Source: a virus (lineage: Duplodnaviria > Caudoviricetes). From it: a DNA stretch of 37,525 nucleotides. Location: positions 1-37,525 of the IMG/VR virus record IMGVR_UViG_3300017913_002411. One strand, 5' to 3'. A program made the translations under genes and the position numbers. Under the pieces are notes generated by a model, which saw only the letters and a program-made list of their open reading frames with translations, ran no database searches and was not told the DNA's origin. Position 1 is the first letter of the stretch, and every line of letters begins with the position of its first letter. Positions 36,391 through 37,525 of this stretch are shown here, piece by piece.

Positions 36391-36419
36391 ATTATACTAC
36401 AGAAAAAGCGTTCCGTCAA
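36391..36419 (-). promoter_or_regulatory. Sigma70-type (early/host RNA polymerase) promoter for the enzyme cassette
   Basis: TTGACG (36419-36414), a 17-nt spacer, then TATAAT (36396-36391), in the short intergenic gap upstream of 36361. Confidence 0.85.
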
Positions 36420-36890
36420 CTAGAATTTAGCATAAATTGCAAAAACTTCAGCTAGAGACTTTGCTTTGCGAAGAGATGCTTTCAACTTACTATCACTAGA
36501 TCCCTTCACCTTATCTTTTTCAAACATTGATAATTTTAAATTGAATACAATCTCATCACCATTACGATCTAGTGTTTCCATAATATATTTACATACTTCT
36601 TCATCACCAATCTTATTTAGATCGCCAAGTTCACCTGATGCTCTACCAACTTCTAGTAGTGATGCTTCATATGCTTTTCTTGAATCAACAATGTATCGAT
36701 ATGTACGTTCATGAATCTCATCAACAGTAATTAAATTAAGAAGTTCTTCATACTGCTCAGTATCGACATCAATATGATACATCCGATACACATCTTCTGC
36801 ATCATTATCTTTCCAATTGGTTTCAATTATAGTGCGTTCTTCATCAATGAAATGCGCACCTACGAGTGTGTGATTTTCTGGTAAGTACAT
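36420..36890 (-). CDS. Hypothetical protein
   Basis: 156-aa ORF coupled (TAATG) to the upstream gene; no recognisable catalytic motif. Confidence 0.7.
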   Translation of the reverse strand: MYLPENHTLVGAHFIDEERTIIETNWKDNDAEDVYRMYHIDVDTEQYEELLNLITVDEIHERTYRYIVDSRKAYEASLLEVGRASGELGDLNKIGDEEVCKYIMETLDRNGDEIVFNLKLSMFEKDKVKGSSDSKLKASLRKAKSLAEVFAIYAKF

Positions 36891-37525
36891 TAGTATCTCT
36901 CCAATTTGAATCTCCAGGTATCCTGATTAACAACAGTACCATTTGGAAATTCCTGTGCACGATAATCGTTGAGGTTCACAAAGCGTCTTGTGTAAGCACC
37001 TGTGACACCAACCATTTGTTTGTTAAGTATTGGGCTTCCAATATTATACCCATTGCCATTGATATTGTATCTTAATCGATATCCAACTTCTTGAGATGTT
37101 ACATGCAGAATCAATCGTGAGAAGAACGTATCAAATTCAGCATACGTCATAGCTCGTAGACCTTGCATATCACTGTCAGCATTATAATCAATTACAAGTG
37201 GCGTTCGATATCCAGATCCTTGTGTTTGCGACGACAAGTTCATCTGATGAAGATAGTACGTCGTCGTATTAAAGTGATCTTGATAACTTGTTGATCCAGC
37301 TGTAGTTGTATAGAAGCCAGCTGGGAACGTCCATGAGGTTGATGAGCTAACAGTCCAAGATGAGAATGGTGCATATGAAACACCACCAATTGTCAAATAC
37401 GATCCTGTGTTATTAGTAGCAGTAGATTTTGTATTAGCTGTAGCTGCCCATCCTGAGGATGTGTTTTGGTCGCCATGACGAACACGTATTCTCACTTTTA
37501 CATCTTTACCAGCAATATCCAATCG
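36890..37525 (-). CDS. Putative virion structural protein (5'-partial)
   Basis: The frame is open to the window edge (CGA TTG GAT...). T/S/G-rich, ending in YRAQEFPNG. Confidence 0.65.
   Translation of the reverse strand, partial: RLDIAGKDVKVRIRVRHGDQNTSSGWAATANTKSTATNNTGSYLTIGGVSYAPFSSWTVSSSTSWTFPAGFYTTTAGSTSYQDHFNTTTYYLHQMNLSSQTQGSGYRTPLVIDYNADSDMQGLRAMTYAEFDTFFSRLILHVTSQEVGYRLRYNINGNGYNIGSPILNKQMVGVTGAYTRRFVNLNDYRAQEFPNGTVVNQDTWRFKLERY

Noticed and set aside
243-37075. Plus-strand and nested ORFs in the track (e.g. 2361..3038, 3890..4342, 10641..11150, 12312..12758)
   Set aside because: They are antisense or out-of-frame shadows of well-supported minus-strand genes and show no recognisable motifs.
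1-37525. tRNAs, introns, inteins, homing endonucleases and host assignment
   Set aside because: Core genes are uninterrupted and of normal length, intergenic gaps are too short for RNA genes, and nothing here identifies the host.

Overview
This window is the virion morphogenesis region of a T4-like myovirus, probably marine. Nearly all coding is on the minus strand. In transcription order it holds: a partial virion gene and a hypothetical gene; a four-gene enzyme cassette (glycosyltransferase-like, SAM methyltransferase-like, QueC-like PP-loop, glycosyltransferase-like) behind a near-consensus sigma70 promoter; small adaptor genes; 587-aa and 2497-aa fibre-like proteins; four paralogous tip-like proteins; gp13; a split gp14; gp15; two inserted genes; gp16-gp23; gp3; and a partial virion gene missed by the ORF track. 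T4 late promoters (TATAAATA) precede the structural operons. The strongest unexplained signal is the dipeptide Asp-Ser (DS). By my manual, approximate count there are about 190 copies in presumably surface-exposed virion proteins, including the variable parts of capsid, sheath and gp15. I found none in about 2,200 aa of packaging, scaffold, tube and neck-core proteins. Together with the adjacent early-promoter glycosyltransferase cassette, this suggests a phage-encoded system that modifies the virion surface at a DS sequon, for example by O-glycosylation. That is an inference, not a demonstration. Three virion proteins also carry complete type-1 copper (cupredoxin-like) ligand sets. All calls come from motif recognition and gene order; no database searches were run.
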